Source of the DNA: Hypanus sabinus
Lineage: Eukaryota
Direction of reading: 5' to 3'
DNA: 64,000 nt
Assembly: GCF_030144855.1 (NCBI RefSeq)
Contig: NC_082721.1
Coordinates: forward strand, 43,400,001 to 43,464,000
Shown here: positions 49,976-62,368 of the stretch, piece after piece
How the letters are laid out: each line of letters opens with the position of its first letter
Position numbering within the stretch: position 1 is the stretch's first letter
Notes under the pieces: model-generated
Seen by the model: only the letters and a program-made list of their open reading frames with translations
Database searches by the model: none
What the model was told of the DNA's origin: nothing
Program-made: the position numbers and the translations under genes

Positions 49976-51366
49976 TTGAGAGAGTTGGTTCTTTCTGAGA
50001 CCGAGGTTGAAACCGAGCCCGAAGGTTACTACCTGAAGGAGGGTGTGTTGATGAGGAAGTGGAGGCCCCCCAAGGTGTCGGTCGATGAGGACCGGGCGGT
50101 GGTACATCAGATAGTAGTCCTGAAAGCGTATCGGGATGAAATTCTGAACTTAGCTCATAAGGGACCGTTAGGTGGGCATTTTGGAATAATGAAGACAGTG
50201 GATCGGGTTCAAAGAGAGTTCTATTGGCCAAACATAAGAAAAGAGATTACTGAATATTGGAAAAGGTGTCATACCTGCCAAATGGTGGGTAAGCCGAACT
50301 AAGTTATCCCTAAGGCACCCCTCCGACCCATCCCCGCGTGCGAGGAGCCTTTCTCCCGAATCATTGTGGATTTTGTGGGACCCCTACCTAAAACTGTGAG
50401 GGGGCGGCAGTATATCATGACCATGATGTGTGCCGCTACACGATTTCCAGAGGCTGTGCCTCTTGGTAATATTAGGACCGCTGTGGTGGTGAGGGCCCTC
50501 ATCAAATTCTTGACCACAGTGGGGCTGCCTAAGGAGATACAATCGGATCAGGGGAGTACCTTCACATCTAACGCATTTCGGCAGATGAAGACCCAGCTAG
50601 GGGTCAAACAAATTCTAGCCTCCGCGTACTACCCGGAATCCCAAGGGGCGTTGGAAAGGTTCCATGCTACACTAAAGACCATGCTTAAAACTTATTGTCA
50701 GGAGAACGTTCGAGACTGGGATGAGGCTTTACCCCTTCTGTTATTTGCCGTCAGGGATACAGTCCAGTGCTCACTGGGGTTCAGCCCGTTTGAGCTCGTT
50801 TTCGGTCACAGGCCCAGGGGCCCTCTAACCCTCCTGAGAGAAAAGTGGTCTAGCCCAACCATTCAAGTCAGTGTGATCAACTATGTTCTGAAATTCCGGG
50901 AGAGGCTGCATAAAGTACGCGCCTTGGACAAAGAAAACCTTAAAGAATCCCAGAAAAAAATGAGTCAGTGATATAACCCGAGAGTGAGAGAATGAGAGTT
51001 TTAAGTAGACGACAAGGTTTTGGTCTTATTTCGGTAGTTAACCATCCCCTTCAGGCGAGGCTTCAAGGACCATATAAAGTGCGTAAGAAAATAGACTCGC
51101 TGAATTACGTGATTGAAACCCCCGATTGGCGAAAGCCGACCCAGTTAGTTCACATGAACATGATGAAAAGGTACCATGACACCCCCTCCGCGGTGGTCGG
51201 GGCGGCCATGAAAACCGATCACAACCCGTTGGTATTCCTGGCCAATATGGAAAATAAAAACAGGAGGTTATTGAGCTGGAGTCTGATGCTGCAGGAATTC
51301 GATATTAAAATACAGCACATTAAGGGGAGTGATAATGTGCTAGCGGGTTGTTTATCTCGATGCTGA
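49976..51366 (+). pseudogene. Integrase (H2C2 and rve core) followed directly by the RNase H C-terminus
   Basis: LAHKGPLGGHFG...CHTCQ; DFVGPLPK; IQSDQGSTF; YYPESQGALER; GPYKV; then TDHNPLVFL...LLSWSLMLQEFDIKIQHIKGSDNVLAGCLSR. Confidence 0.88.
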
Positions 51367-51488
51367 ACTAAGTGTATAACTGTATGGCTCTGTAATTAAA
51401 AGAAAAAGCTTGGGTATTGTGTTAGATTAAAAATCACGTAAGACTCTGTACAACTCCGTTTTTAACCGCTGGTAAAAAACGTTTTTTT

Positions 51489-51498
51489 AGAGGAGAGG
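51489..51498 (+). promoter_or_regulatory. Polypurine tract
   Basis: agaggagagg immediately before the 3' LTR. Confidence 0.8.
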
Positions 51499-52312
51499 TG
51501 TTATGAATGCACCACAGCTCTGAGGGGCCGAAGGGGCAGGAGCAGCCCCTCCTTCCGGAGAATCGCAAGAGCACTATTAATTCGGGTCTCGGACCCAGGC
51601 AAATGAGAGACAATGTAACGGTTCTGGCCAGGGCTCTTAGAGACACCTGTGCTGAGGGCATGACCCTGCTACGTGACAGCTACCTTGGATATGGACACCC
51701 TCGGGCAATGTGGGGGTGGGGATTGCATCACCCTACTTTGATGGACATCTACAACTCTGCAAGTCAAGATAAAAGGGGACTGCAGGAGGCGGTACCCCAG
51801 AGAGATGCACCAGAAGGACTCGATCGCTCAACGCTCCCGTGATAGCTGGAAGCCAATCAAAAAGCCATGTGCGCTCCGTAACTTCTCTGCCTGGGGAGCA
51901 GGTGGCTGATAATACCAAGAAGGACTTCGAACTAATAACAGGGAAACAACGGTCCCCTGATTCAACAGTGTTGCTTTGTCAAAGACCCGGGCAAGTTTTG
52001 TCGTTTCTCCTCAAACACTGAAACACGATTCCCCAAAAAAGACTGAAGCCTGCAGACTTCTGAGTGACTTTTATATTTCCAACGGACAATATATTATCCC
52101 CTAGACAACAGTCAAGATTATTTCTTAATGATGATTATTGCTATACCCGTGCTTTAGATTGAGTTTTGCTGATGTATACGTTCTGAATGTTTGTATTAAC
52201 CTTACTTTTGTGCCCCCTTTTATGAATAAAACCATTCGAAAATAGTGCCATCAGACTCCAACTGACCTCTCTATCTTTGCTGGTGAGCTATCCAGTTATG
52301 GCATACGTAACA
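51499..52312 (+). repeat. 3' LTR
   Basis: Direct repeat of 47900-48707. Confidence 0.95.
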
Positions 52313-52329
52313 ATGCCAATTCTGTTATG

Positions 52330-55300
52330 CTAATATATAAGAACATAAGGCCAAAAGATATGGAAGCAGAAGTAGGACGTTCGGCCCATTGAGTCCACTT
52401 CACCATTCCGTCATGGGCTGATCCAAATCTTCCAGTCATCTGACTCCCCAGCCTTCAACCCATGCCCTTTGATGCCCCAGCTAATAGAGAACCTATCTAT
52501 CTCTGCCTTAAATACACCCAATGACTTGGCCTCCACATCCGCTTGTGGCAACAAATTCCACAGATTTTCCATCCTCTGACTAAAGTAATTCCTCCACACC
52601 TCAGTTCTAAATGGACATCCTTCAATCCTGAAGTCATGCCCTCTTGTCCTAGAATTCCCTATCATGGGAAATAACATTGTGATATCTAATCTGTTCTGAC
52701 CTTTTAACATTCAGAATGTTTCTATGAGATCCCCCCTCATTCTCCTGAACTCCAGAGAATACAGCCCAAGAGCTGACAGACATTTCTCATACAATAACCC
52801 TTTCATTCCTGGAATCATTCTCGTGAATCTTCTCTGTACCCTCTCCAATGTCAGTATACCCTTTCTAAAATAAGGAGCACAAAACAGCACACAATACTCC
52901 AGGTGTTATCTTACGAAAGCCTTATAGAGACTCAACATCACATCACTGCTCTTATATTCTATACCTTTGGAAATGAATGCCAACATTGCATTTGCCTTCC
53001 TCACAACTGACTCAACCTGGAGGTTATCCTTTAGGGTATCTTGTACAAGGATTCCCAAGTCTCTTTGCATCTCTTCCCATCTAAATAAGTCTACCCATTT
53101 ATTTCTTCCACCAAAGTGCATGACCATTCACTTTCCAGCATTGTATTTCATTTGCCACTTCTTTGCCCATTCCTCTAAACTATCTAAGTCTCTCTGCAGG
53201 CTCTCTGTTTCCTCAACACAACCCGCTCCTCCATCTATCTTTGTATCATCGTCAAATTTAGCCACAAATCCATGAATTCCACAGTCCAAGTCATTGACAT
53301 ACAATGTAATGCAGTGGTCCCAACGCCGACCCCTGTGGAACCCCACTGGTAACTGGCAGCCAGCCAGAATAGGATCTGTTTATTCCCACTCTCTGTTTTC
53401 TACCAAACAGCCAATGCTAGTAACTTCCCAGTAATTTCATGGGCTCTTATCTTGCTAAGCTGCCTCAAGAGTTGCACCTTGTCAAAGGCTTTCTGAAAAT
53501 CCAAGTACACCACGTCTACTATATCTCCTTTGTTTACCCTGCTTGTAATTTCCTCAAAGAATTACAGTAGGTTTGTCAGGCAGGAATTCCCTTTCAGGAA
53601 ACCATGCTGGCTTTGACCTATCTTGTCATGTGCCTCCAGGTACTCCATAACCTCATTCCTAACAATCAATTCCAACAATTCGTAAACACTGATATCAGTC
53701 TAACATGTCTATAGTTTCCTATCTGCTGCCTCCTACCCTTTTTAAATAGTAGAGTTACATTTCCAATTTTCCAGTCATCTGGTACAAAGACAGAAACTAT
53801 CTATTCTTGAAAGATCATCGTTAATGCCTCCACAAATTTACCAGTTATTTCCTTCAGAACCCAAGTGTGCATTCCATCAGGACTAGGAGATTTATCCACC
53901 GTCAGCTCATTAAGCTTCCCAAGCACCTTCTCAGTCGTAATTTTCACTGCAGAAACTTCACTTTCCTGACACTCTTGAATGTCCAGTATACTGCAGATGT
54001 CTTCCACTGTGAAGACTGATGAAAATATGCATTCAGTTCCTCTGTCATCTCTGCATCTCTCATTACAATATTTCCAGCATCATATCTACCCTTGGCTCTC
54101 TTTTACCCTTTATATACTTAAAAAAGCTTTTATTATCTTCTTTGATATTAGTTGCCAGCTTCCTTTCATTATTCACTTTTTCCATTCTGATGACCTTCTT
54201 AGTTTCCTTCTGCAAGTTTTTAATAGCTTCCCAATCTCTATCTTCCCGCTAGGTCTGGCTTCTTTGTGTACCCTCTGTTTTGCTTTTACTTTGACTCTGA
54301 CTTCAGTTGTCAGCCGCAGTAGTGTCCTTCTACCCTTTGAAAATATCTTCTAATTTGGAATATATCTGTCTTGCATTTCCCTGATTGTTTGCAGAAACTC
54401 CAGTCATTGCTGCTCTGCTGTCCTTCCCACACATGTCCCTTTCCAGTCAACTTCAGCAAGTTCTCCTCTCATGCCATTGTAATTTGCTTTATTCCACTGA
54501 AATACCAACACATTGGATTTTACTTTTCCTTCTCAAATTTCACTCAGCTTCGCTGACTTGCCTTTTCCCCATAACCCTTAATTCCCACACTATGTAAAAA
54601 TCTAACTGTATCTTAAATATACATAGTGAAGACGCAGCAACTGTTTCCCTGAGCAGAGAATTCTGCAGATTCGCCACTCTCTGAGAAACACAGTTTCTGC
54701 TCATCTCCATCCTAAATCTTCTACCCTGTATCTTTCGGCAATATCCCTTAGTTCTAGTCTCATTTACGAATGGAAACAGCTTTCCTACTTCTATCTTATC
54801 TGTCCCTTTCAAAAGTTTGTATGCTTCTCTAAGAGTCCCTGTCATTCTTCTGAACTTCAGAGAATGTAGGCCCAGGTGACTCAATCACTCCTCATAGGTT
54901 AACCCCTTCATCCCTGGAATCAACCTGGTGAGCTTCCTCTGCACTGCCACCAAAGCCAAGGATATCCTTCCTCAAGTACGGAGAACAGAACTACACACAG
55001 TGCTCCAGGTGTGGCCTCACCAGTACCCTCTATAGTTGCAGCATGACCTCCCTGCTCTTGAATTCATTTCCTCCAGCAATGAAGGCCATCATTCTGTTTG
55101 CCTTCTTAATAAACTGTTGTACCTGTATTCCAACTTTATGTGATTCAACAACAACAACAAGCTGTTTAAAAAAGCCATCCATTATACATTCTACAAATTC
55201 TTTCTCTTGAGGTCCACTACTGACCTGGTTTTTCCAATCTACTTTCATGTTAAAATCCCCAACAATTATCATGACATTGCCTTTCTGACCTGTTGTTTCC

Positions 55301-55841
55301 ATCTCCTGCTGTAATTTCTAATCCACTTCGCGGCTGCTGTTTGAAGGCCAGTATACAACTGTCATTAGGGTCCATTTACCCTTGCCAACCCATAGAGACT
55401 TGACATCTTCAATCCTATGTCATCTCTTTCTGATAATCTAATATTATTTCTTTCTCATAGAGCTACACCAGCCCCTCTGCCTGCTAAACTATCTTTCTGA
55501 TACATCATATATCCTTCGATATTCAGCTCCCAATGGCACTCATCCTTTTGCCAAGTTTCAGAGATGGCCCCAACATCATATTTGTCAATCTGTAACTGAA
55601 TTTCAAGATCGTCCATATGTTGCGTGCATTCAAATATAACACTTTCAGTCCAGGATTTGCTGCTTTCTGTTTTACCTGCACCACGTCTCTATTGCCCTGT
55701 AACTTTGGCCACTGGCTCTGATTAAGCCCCATCTCTTTTCTGTTCTTTCTATAATCTCTGTTGCACGCTATCTTTGATTTATTTCTGTTTTCCTCTCCCT
55801 CAACCCTATCAATCCAGTTCCCATCCCTCTGCCAAATTAGT
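52330..55841 (-). mobile_element. CR1 LINE, right-arm copy of 18965-23470 without the Rex1 insert
   Basis: Minus-strand ORFs mirror those of the left arm (LKVLYLNARNI; METTGQKGNVMII; LKGQNRLDIT). Confidence 0.92.
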
Positions 55842-58800
55842 TCACTATAATCTAAAGCAAGGCTGAGTTAGTAGGTAATCTGTTCAAGATAAGAAATTCA
55901 TTAACTTTATTATTTTATTTGTCCACAGATAATTCTGTGAATTGTCAATCCAGACAAGGAGCATTAAGAGTTTGGTGTAAGGATGATGATACTCGAATGT
56001 GAATTCCCTGATGGAAGGACCAGTGTGACATCACCTCCCTCTTTGCTAGAAGAGTCTGGTTAGGTGGATTTCTTTCCTGGAGCACAGTCTCGTGAAAAAT
56101 AAACTGTCACATATATGATAGAAAGATGAACCCAGAACACCATTCTCATTATTTGCTTGTTTGTTTATTTATCTATCTGTCTATCTATCTGTTTGTTTAT
56201 TTTTTAATCTGTGTGTCTATATATTTATTGATCTTTTTATCTATCTATTTTGTTAGGTGTTATTTATTTTTGATATAGTGTGGAGTTGGCCCTCCCGTAC
56301 ATTACATGCCATTCAAGCCATTCCATACAGCACCCTATCAATGTAACCTGAGCAAAATCACACGTGAATTTACAATGACCTTCCAACCCAGATGTCTTTT
56401 GACTGTGGATGGGAACTGGATCACGCTGACGAAACCCAAGCAGACCTGGAGAGATCATACAAGCTCCATACAGCCAGCATCGGGAAGTCAACCCAGGTAA
56501 CCAGTAAAACTTTGTACATATCACTTTACAACCATGCTGCCCGATTATCTTCATGGGAGCGAACCTCTCCACTGCTAATGCTGTAGCCATTTATAAAATT
56601 ATGCTCATGATAATATTCTGGTGCCAAAACATATCTGACCCGAGTGTGCTGGAGCTTTCAGGTCCTGTGTTCAGTGTTCAGCTGTTGGGATTATGGCAAT
56701 TGTACAATTTTTTAAAACATATTTTTGGTTTATTTCAATACAGACACAGTGTTGAATAAAAATGATTGTAATTCAGCTACCAGTATGAAATGATGGAATT
56801 GTGATAGAAACAGGCAATTTAGACATTTCATAAGGACTGATGATATAGGAGCAGGGAAGGAATAGATGCTGAGAGGACATCTCACTGCCAGATACCAGAT
56901 TCTCTCCCGAGCAAAACAATTTCATAATAAAGGATACCCCAGTGATGTAGAAGCTGGGCAAGGATTTCTCTTCTTCAGGGCTCCAGAACCTATGGCATTC
57001 TCCACCTCAGAGCTATGGAGGAGTGGACATTGAATATACTTGTGTCTGAACTAGTTAATGCTCTATAAACAGTTGATGTTGTGCAGGGAACATTGGTCTT
57101 GGTGGAGTTGCGGCCAAGAACAAATCAGCCCTGAGTGTGTTGAAGGGTTGAGCAAGTGACAAGAGAAACCTGCAGCTGGGGTCAGAGTGGAATTGAGAAA
57201 TACATACATATGCATCAGTGAAATTTAAGGCCATGTTCATTGGCTTTAGAAACAAACGTGGTCACTAAACATGTTCTCACACAGATTGTGTCCTCATGAC
57301 CTGAGTCTGTTCATCAAACTCTCTGAGCAAAAGAACACTGGTGATGGGGACAGGACCAGTCCATGGGACCACTCCTTGCTGTCCCATTATTTATTCAGGT
57401 CACAGTAACAGAGTCTTGGTCTGTGTGTAATGCATTGTCGGGTTTTCCAATGTATGCCCAGTCGCAGCCACAAATCTTTTCAATTAGTTGGCTTTTCTTG
57501 TTTTATGGGGAATAGAACTGCAAAGATCCATCTTTGCTGGATTTTCTAAACTGTATGGAGGCTGACAGATCCTTAGGGCCAGACCAGCTATATCCAACAA
57601 CAAAGTGGCTGGCTGGAGAAGAAATTAGGAGCCCTTGTTCATATATTTGCTTCATTGTTTACCACAGTCTGGTGCTGGTAAGGGTCTGGATGGTAGCAAA
57701 TATTGTGCATGTACAGAAAACGGATGGCAAAGAATACTGGGAACTATAGACCAGTTAGTGTAACATCTGGGGCAGGTAAATACCAGAGAACATTCTGAGG
57801 GGTAAGATATGCACACATCTAGAAAGACATGAAAAAGAGAAAATCTCAGAAGCTGGAAATCCAAGCAGAACACACAAAATGTTAAAAGAACTCAGCAGGC
57901 CAAGTAGCATCGACAGGAAAGGGTATAGTCGACATTTTAGGCCGTGACCCTCCACACATAACTTGATCAGAGGCTTTGGCATGACTTTGTGCATGGGAGA
58001 TCATGTCTTATGAACTTGATTGAGAATTTTTTTATCATGCAGTATCTGAAAGCCAGTGAGGACAAGGCCATAGATGGGATTTGTGTGACCTGCTGAAAAT
58101 CTTTAATGTTCATTTGTTAGGCTGCTCTGGAAGGATGTGTCACATGGTAACAGTAAGAACTATCAAATTGATGACATAATTGGCTTGATCAAAAAAAAAG
58201 CAGAGCGAGCAATCAAGGTGGACAATTCTTTCTCGGTCTGGTTCCCATTACTAATGGTATGCCTTGGGGGATGATGCTGGATCCATTGTTGTTTGGCATC
58301 TCTATCAACAATCTGAATAAGAACATACAAGACATGATTGATACGTTTGCAGCTGACAGTAAAATATGTGGTGTAGTTGGTAGCCAATGAAGAAGGACAT
58401 TATAAATTACTGGGAGATGGAGAATGTTAAATGGAGTTTAATTTGTATAAGGGCAAGGCATTGCATTTTGCAAGATCAAGTCTGGTAGGACTCTCACATA
58501 AATGGCAGCATTCTGGAAAGACCTGTTGAATAGAAGTGTCTTAGAGTACCAGTTTAAATGAAAGTGTAGTCACAGGTAGACAGAGTAGGAACTAAAGCTT
58601 TTGTCACTGTGGGCTTCATTCCTCAGGCATTAACCCACCTCCCAACTCAGCATTCCTGTCCACCACCTACAAACCTCAAATCAGTTACGCGATGAAACAC
58701 TGTCCGGTTGTTTGGATGAGAACAGCTTCAACACACTCAAGAAGCTCATATTCATAAGTACTCACATGGGCCTAGCTATGCCTCTGTTTTTGTTGGCTAT

Positions 58801-59283
58801 GTGGGTCAGTTCTTATTTGAAAACCTACTCAGGTGTCCATCCCCAAATTTTTCCATTACGTTGACAATGCATCAGTACTGTATACTGATTTCATGAAAAA
58901 CTTGTCAATTTCACAATTGTTATCATAGACTTCTACACTGCCCTTAAATGATGAACATATCTGTTATCACTTGATAGCATTCCTGTTGAAACACAGTGAA
59001 ATGCTCATAGAGCCTAATTTGGAAGGACAGGTGCAGGTGCTGATGAGGTCATACACTGATCTACAATTTGCCTCCTCATGTATTCTTTTCCCCTGGAGCC
59101 CAATGCAAAATCATTCTGTGACAAAGAACTAATTCCAGATGCTGCAGTCTCTGATTTACCTTTTCCATGGGAGCAGATTATTTGAAATGCTACCAAGAGA
59201 GAACATTTCCTATATTTTGTTTGCGTCTGTTTATTTGGAGTCTTGGCAGTCATGTGTCATTGCTCAGCTAGTGATGCTGAATT

Positions 59284-61625
59284 TTTAAAAAAATATTAGT
59301 TATTTATTAAATTTTAGAAATTACAAAGAATAAATGTGATAATAATAAGAAAAATAATATTAACCCTCCCCCCTCCCCTTAACCCTCCCCCCCTTAACCC
59401 TTATCTAAAGAAAAAAAAAAGAAAAGGAGAAAAATTGCCTGGATATCGGAGGATCCCCACATGCTCCATGGAGTTCAAAATAATTTTGATATTTATTTTT
59501 ACTTTCCCCAATTACTATAATTTTATCTTCAAAGGACCTATGTATTTAATCCTATTTTTTGTAAGTATGGAAACCAAATTTTCAAAAATATATCATATTC
59601 ATTTCTTAGATTATACATCATTTTTTCAAGTGGAATACAACTATGTATTTCATTATTCCAATGATACATAGTTAAATCTAAGTCCCTTCGATATCTCCTA
59701 ATAAAAATAATAGTGGACTATGTGGAAGTTATACTCCAATAATTTGTTCCAATAACAGTCTTACATTTATCCAAAATGGTTGAATTTTAAAACAAGACCA
59801 AGTAGAATGTAAAAAAGTACCAATTTCTTGATTACATCGAAAACATTGGTCAGACATATTTGAATTTAATCTATCTTTTCATTTTTTTAATATATGTTAA
59901 AACTCTTTTTCTTTTCACAGATCCGTTAATTCCATTAACATTAAAACTTAATAAATTAAGTAAATTAATCATTCATAGTACCTTGGGAGCTCTTTAAAAT
60001 TCTCCATGTTGCTATGAGTCTCTCCCTAACCATCCAGGCAAAAACGAAGAAAAATAGAAGAAAGATAACTAATATATAAGAAAAAAAAACAAAATACCCC
60101 CCCCACTAATGTTGTGAATAGAAAGAACACAACATTACTCCCCCCCCATTTTACGGGTCATCGCAATCACCATGATTGTACACTTGAAACTCGCAGCCAT
60201 CAATCAAGAGCTCCTCCAGCTCCCCCGCAAAAAAACGGAAGTATATTAGTGAAGAAACAAAAGACAAATAATTAATGTCTCTATTCCCAATTAATACTCC
60301 TCGACTATGTTTTCCCTTATAAATGTCCATCAAGTCCAATCTTGTTTCAGTCTTCATCATTAGTCCATTTCATTTCTATAATTCTTTACTCCTCTTCATG
60401 GACATGAGGTAATTCTTGTACAAATTCCTCCGCTTTCCAGTAGTTAACGAAGAAACTTCTTTCTCCATTATCCAGGAAAATTATCAATTTTGCTGGGTAG
60501 CTCAATAAAAAATTATAGCCCTTTTCCCATAAAGATTTTTTCACTGGATTAAATTCCTTCCGCCTCTTCAGAAGATCGTAACTTATGTCTGGATAAAAAA
60601 AAACTCTTTTTTGTTCTATTATCAATGGCCCATTTCTCTTGAGTAGCTGCGTTCAAGATCATTTCTTTATCTTGGTACCTTAAGCATTTTATCAAAATTG
60701 ATCTTGGATTTTGATCTAGTTGAGATCTTGGTCTTAAAGCTCTGTGTGCCCTTTCAATTTCAATTACTTGACTTCCTTCTTTCATTTCCAAAATCTTCGG
60801 AATCCATTCTTGAAAGAATTTTATTGGATTTTCTCCCTCTGTACCTTCCATAAGACCAACAATTTTATTATTATTATTTTGTCTACTAGAATTCTCAAGC
60901 GCATCCATTTTTTCCAACATGCATTTTCTTTCTGTTGTCCAGGCAAGATTATTCACTTCTATCTTGTCTATTCTTTCAGTGTTTTCATCCACTTTTACTT
61001 CCATCTCTTTAACTTTATTATCCATCTTCTTTTGTTTTTCCAGCACATTATCAAGTGTATTCTGTATCCTTCTTATATCTGTTCTTACAACTTTTAAATC
61101 ATTCTTCATATCTGTTCTTACAGCTTTAAATTCATTCATCATATATATCAGGATATCTTTTATGTCTCCTTTAATCTCTTCCTTCTTTTCCTCTTCTTCT
61201 TCCTCTGAATCTCCCAAAGAGTCTATTTCTACTTCCTATCCACTTCCAATTTCATTTCCAGCCGTAGTTGAGATTTGTGGTTTTGTTAATATCTGTTCAT
61301 GCGTACTTCGACCGCCGACATTGCTGCAGCTTCTCGTCCCGCATCATCGGAAGTGCCATGCACTTCGCCTGGAGGAGATCCAACTTGAGTCCGAGGCTTT
61401 GCCGAGATGGTTAGGCCTTTCTCCCCGCTGATTTGCGCAGTCTTCGAAGTAGTAGCTTTCTTCTGTTTCGGTTTAGGAGCCATATCAAAAGATAATCCTG
61501 AATTACTTATAAATAGTTTCTAATAGATATTTGTTAACTCGTCTTCATTTAAAACTTATTTCATTACTTTTTACGAGGGAGCTGGTTTCCCAACGTCTCG
61601 ACCCTACGTCATCACGTGACGTCCC
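59284..61625 (-). mobile_element. L1-derived element C: ORF1 (about 60386-61483, disrupted), ORF2 mostly deleted
   Basis: 16-bp TSD ctagtgatgctgaatt at 59268-59283 and 61626-61641; ORF2 start MINLLNLLSFNVNGINGSVKRKRVLTYIKKMK jumps at about 59872 to RLNSNMSDQCFRCNQEIGTFLHSTW; empty site at about 13075-13092. Confidence 0.92.
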
Positions 61626-62368
61626 CTAGTGATGCTGAATTATCTGTATTAGTATCTTCATTGATATATGAGGGTCACTTGAATGATCATATATTTGTAG
61701 AACTTTGTTAGGTGGTGGAAATGCTATGGGTAGATCTGTAAAGGCTTCTTCTTGGAAGGAAGAATTTCAACAACAATGACAAATGAGCCAAACCGAATAT
61801 TCTTTCTATTAATATTTTTTTTCTGGACCTCAATTTTCTATATGAGGTTCACTGCTTGAATGTCTCTGCCTATGAGAATTCCTTTATGAGTCTTTTCTTC
61901 ATGTAGCTTTCAAATAGGTTTCCTATCTACTCTGAACAGACAAAGTGCACCCATTGATCAAGCAATGGAGGAGAGGAAGCTTTCAACAAGCTGCTGGGAG
62001 AGGTAGCAGGTCTCTGGCTATGTTCTGGGATAGCAAATAACCATTGAAGTTTCATCATTAATAACTGTGAGTCATTCTCCTTGAGTAGCATAACAGCATG
62101 CCTGATGTCAGAAGCCATGATAAAGACATGAATGGCACTTTTCATGTTGTAGGCATTACCAAGATTCACCAGTCTTTTCTTTCCTCTATCCAGTCTTGCA
62201 GCAAGTCTTGAGTACAAAGATTCCAATGCATTTTTGTGACATTCTGATTCAGAGGCTGATATAGTTTTTCCTCACTTGGAATTGGAAAATCCTTTATTGT
62301 GTCTGTGACAGTTTCATTTCGAGCAGGGAAGCGTGAAATCCAGATCACACAGAATACCAAATTAGCTA

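Larger units (their letters stand above)
47900..52312 (+). mobile_element. Gmr1-like Gypsy LTR retrotransposon, internally deleted (RT absent)
   Basis: LTRs at 47900-48707 and 51499-52312 (tgtta...taaca); TSD atgc; order gag-SCAN, PR end, IN, RNase H end; empty site at 23498-23501. Confidence 0.93.
44843..62368 (-). repeat. Right arm of the inverted segmental duplication
   Basis: Reverse complement of 12369-30789; 10751 bp after removing the Gypsy and L1 C insertions. Confidence 0.95.

Noticed and set aside
12369-62368. Assembly artefact (false inverted duplication)
   Set aside because: The arms differ by about 5-10% and by TSD-flanked arm-specific insertions, which a mis-assembly of one haplotype would not produce
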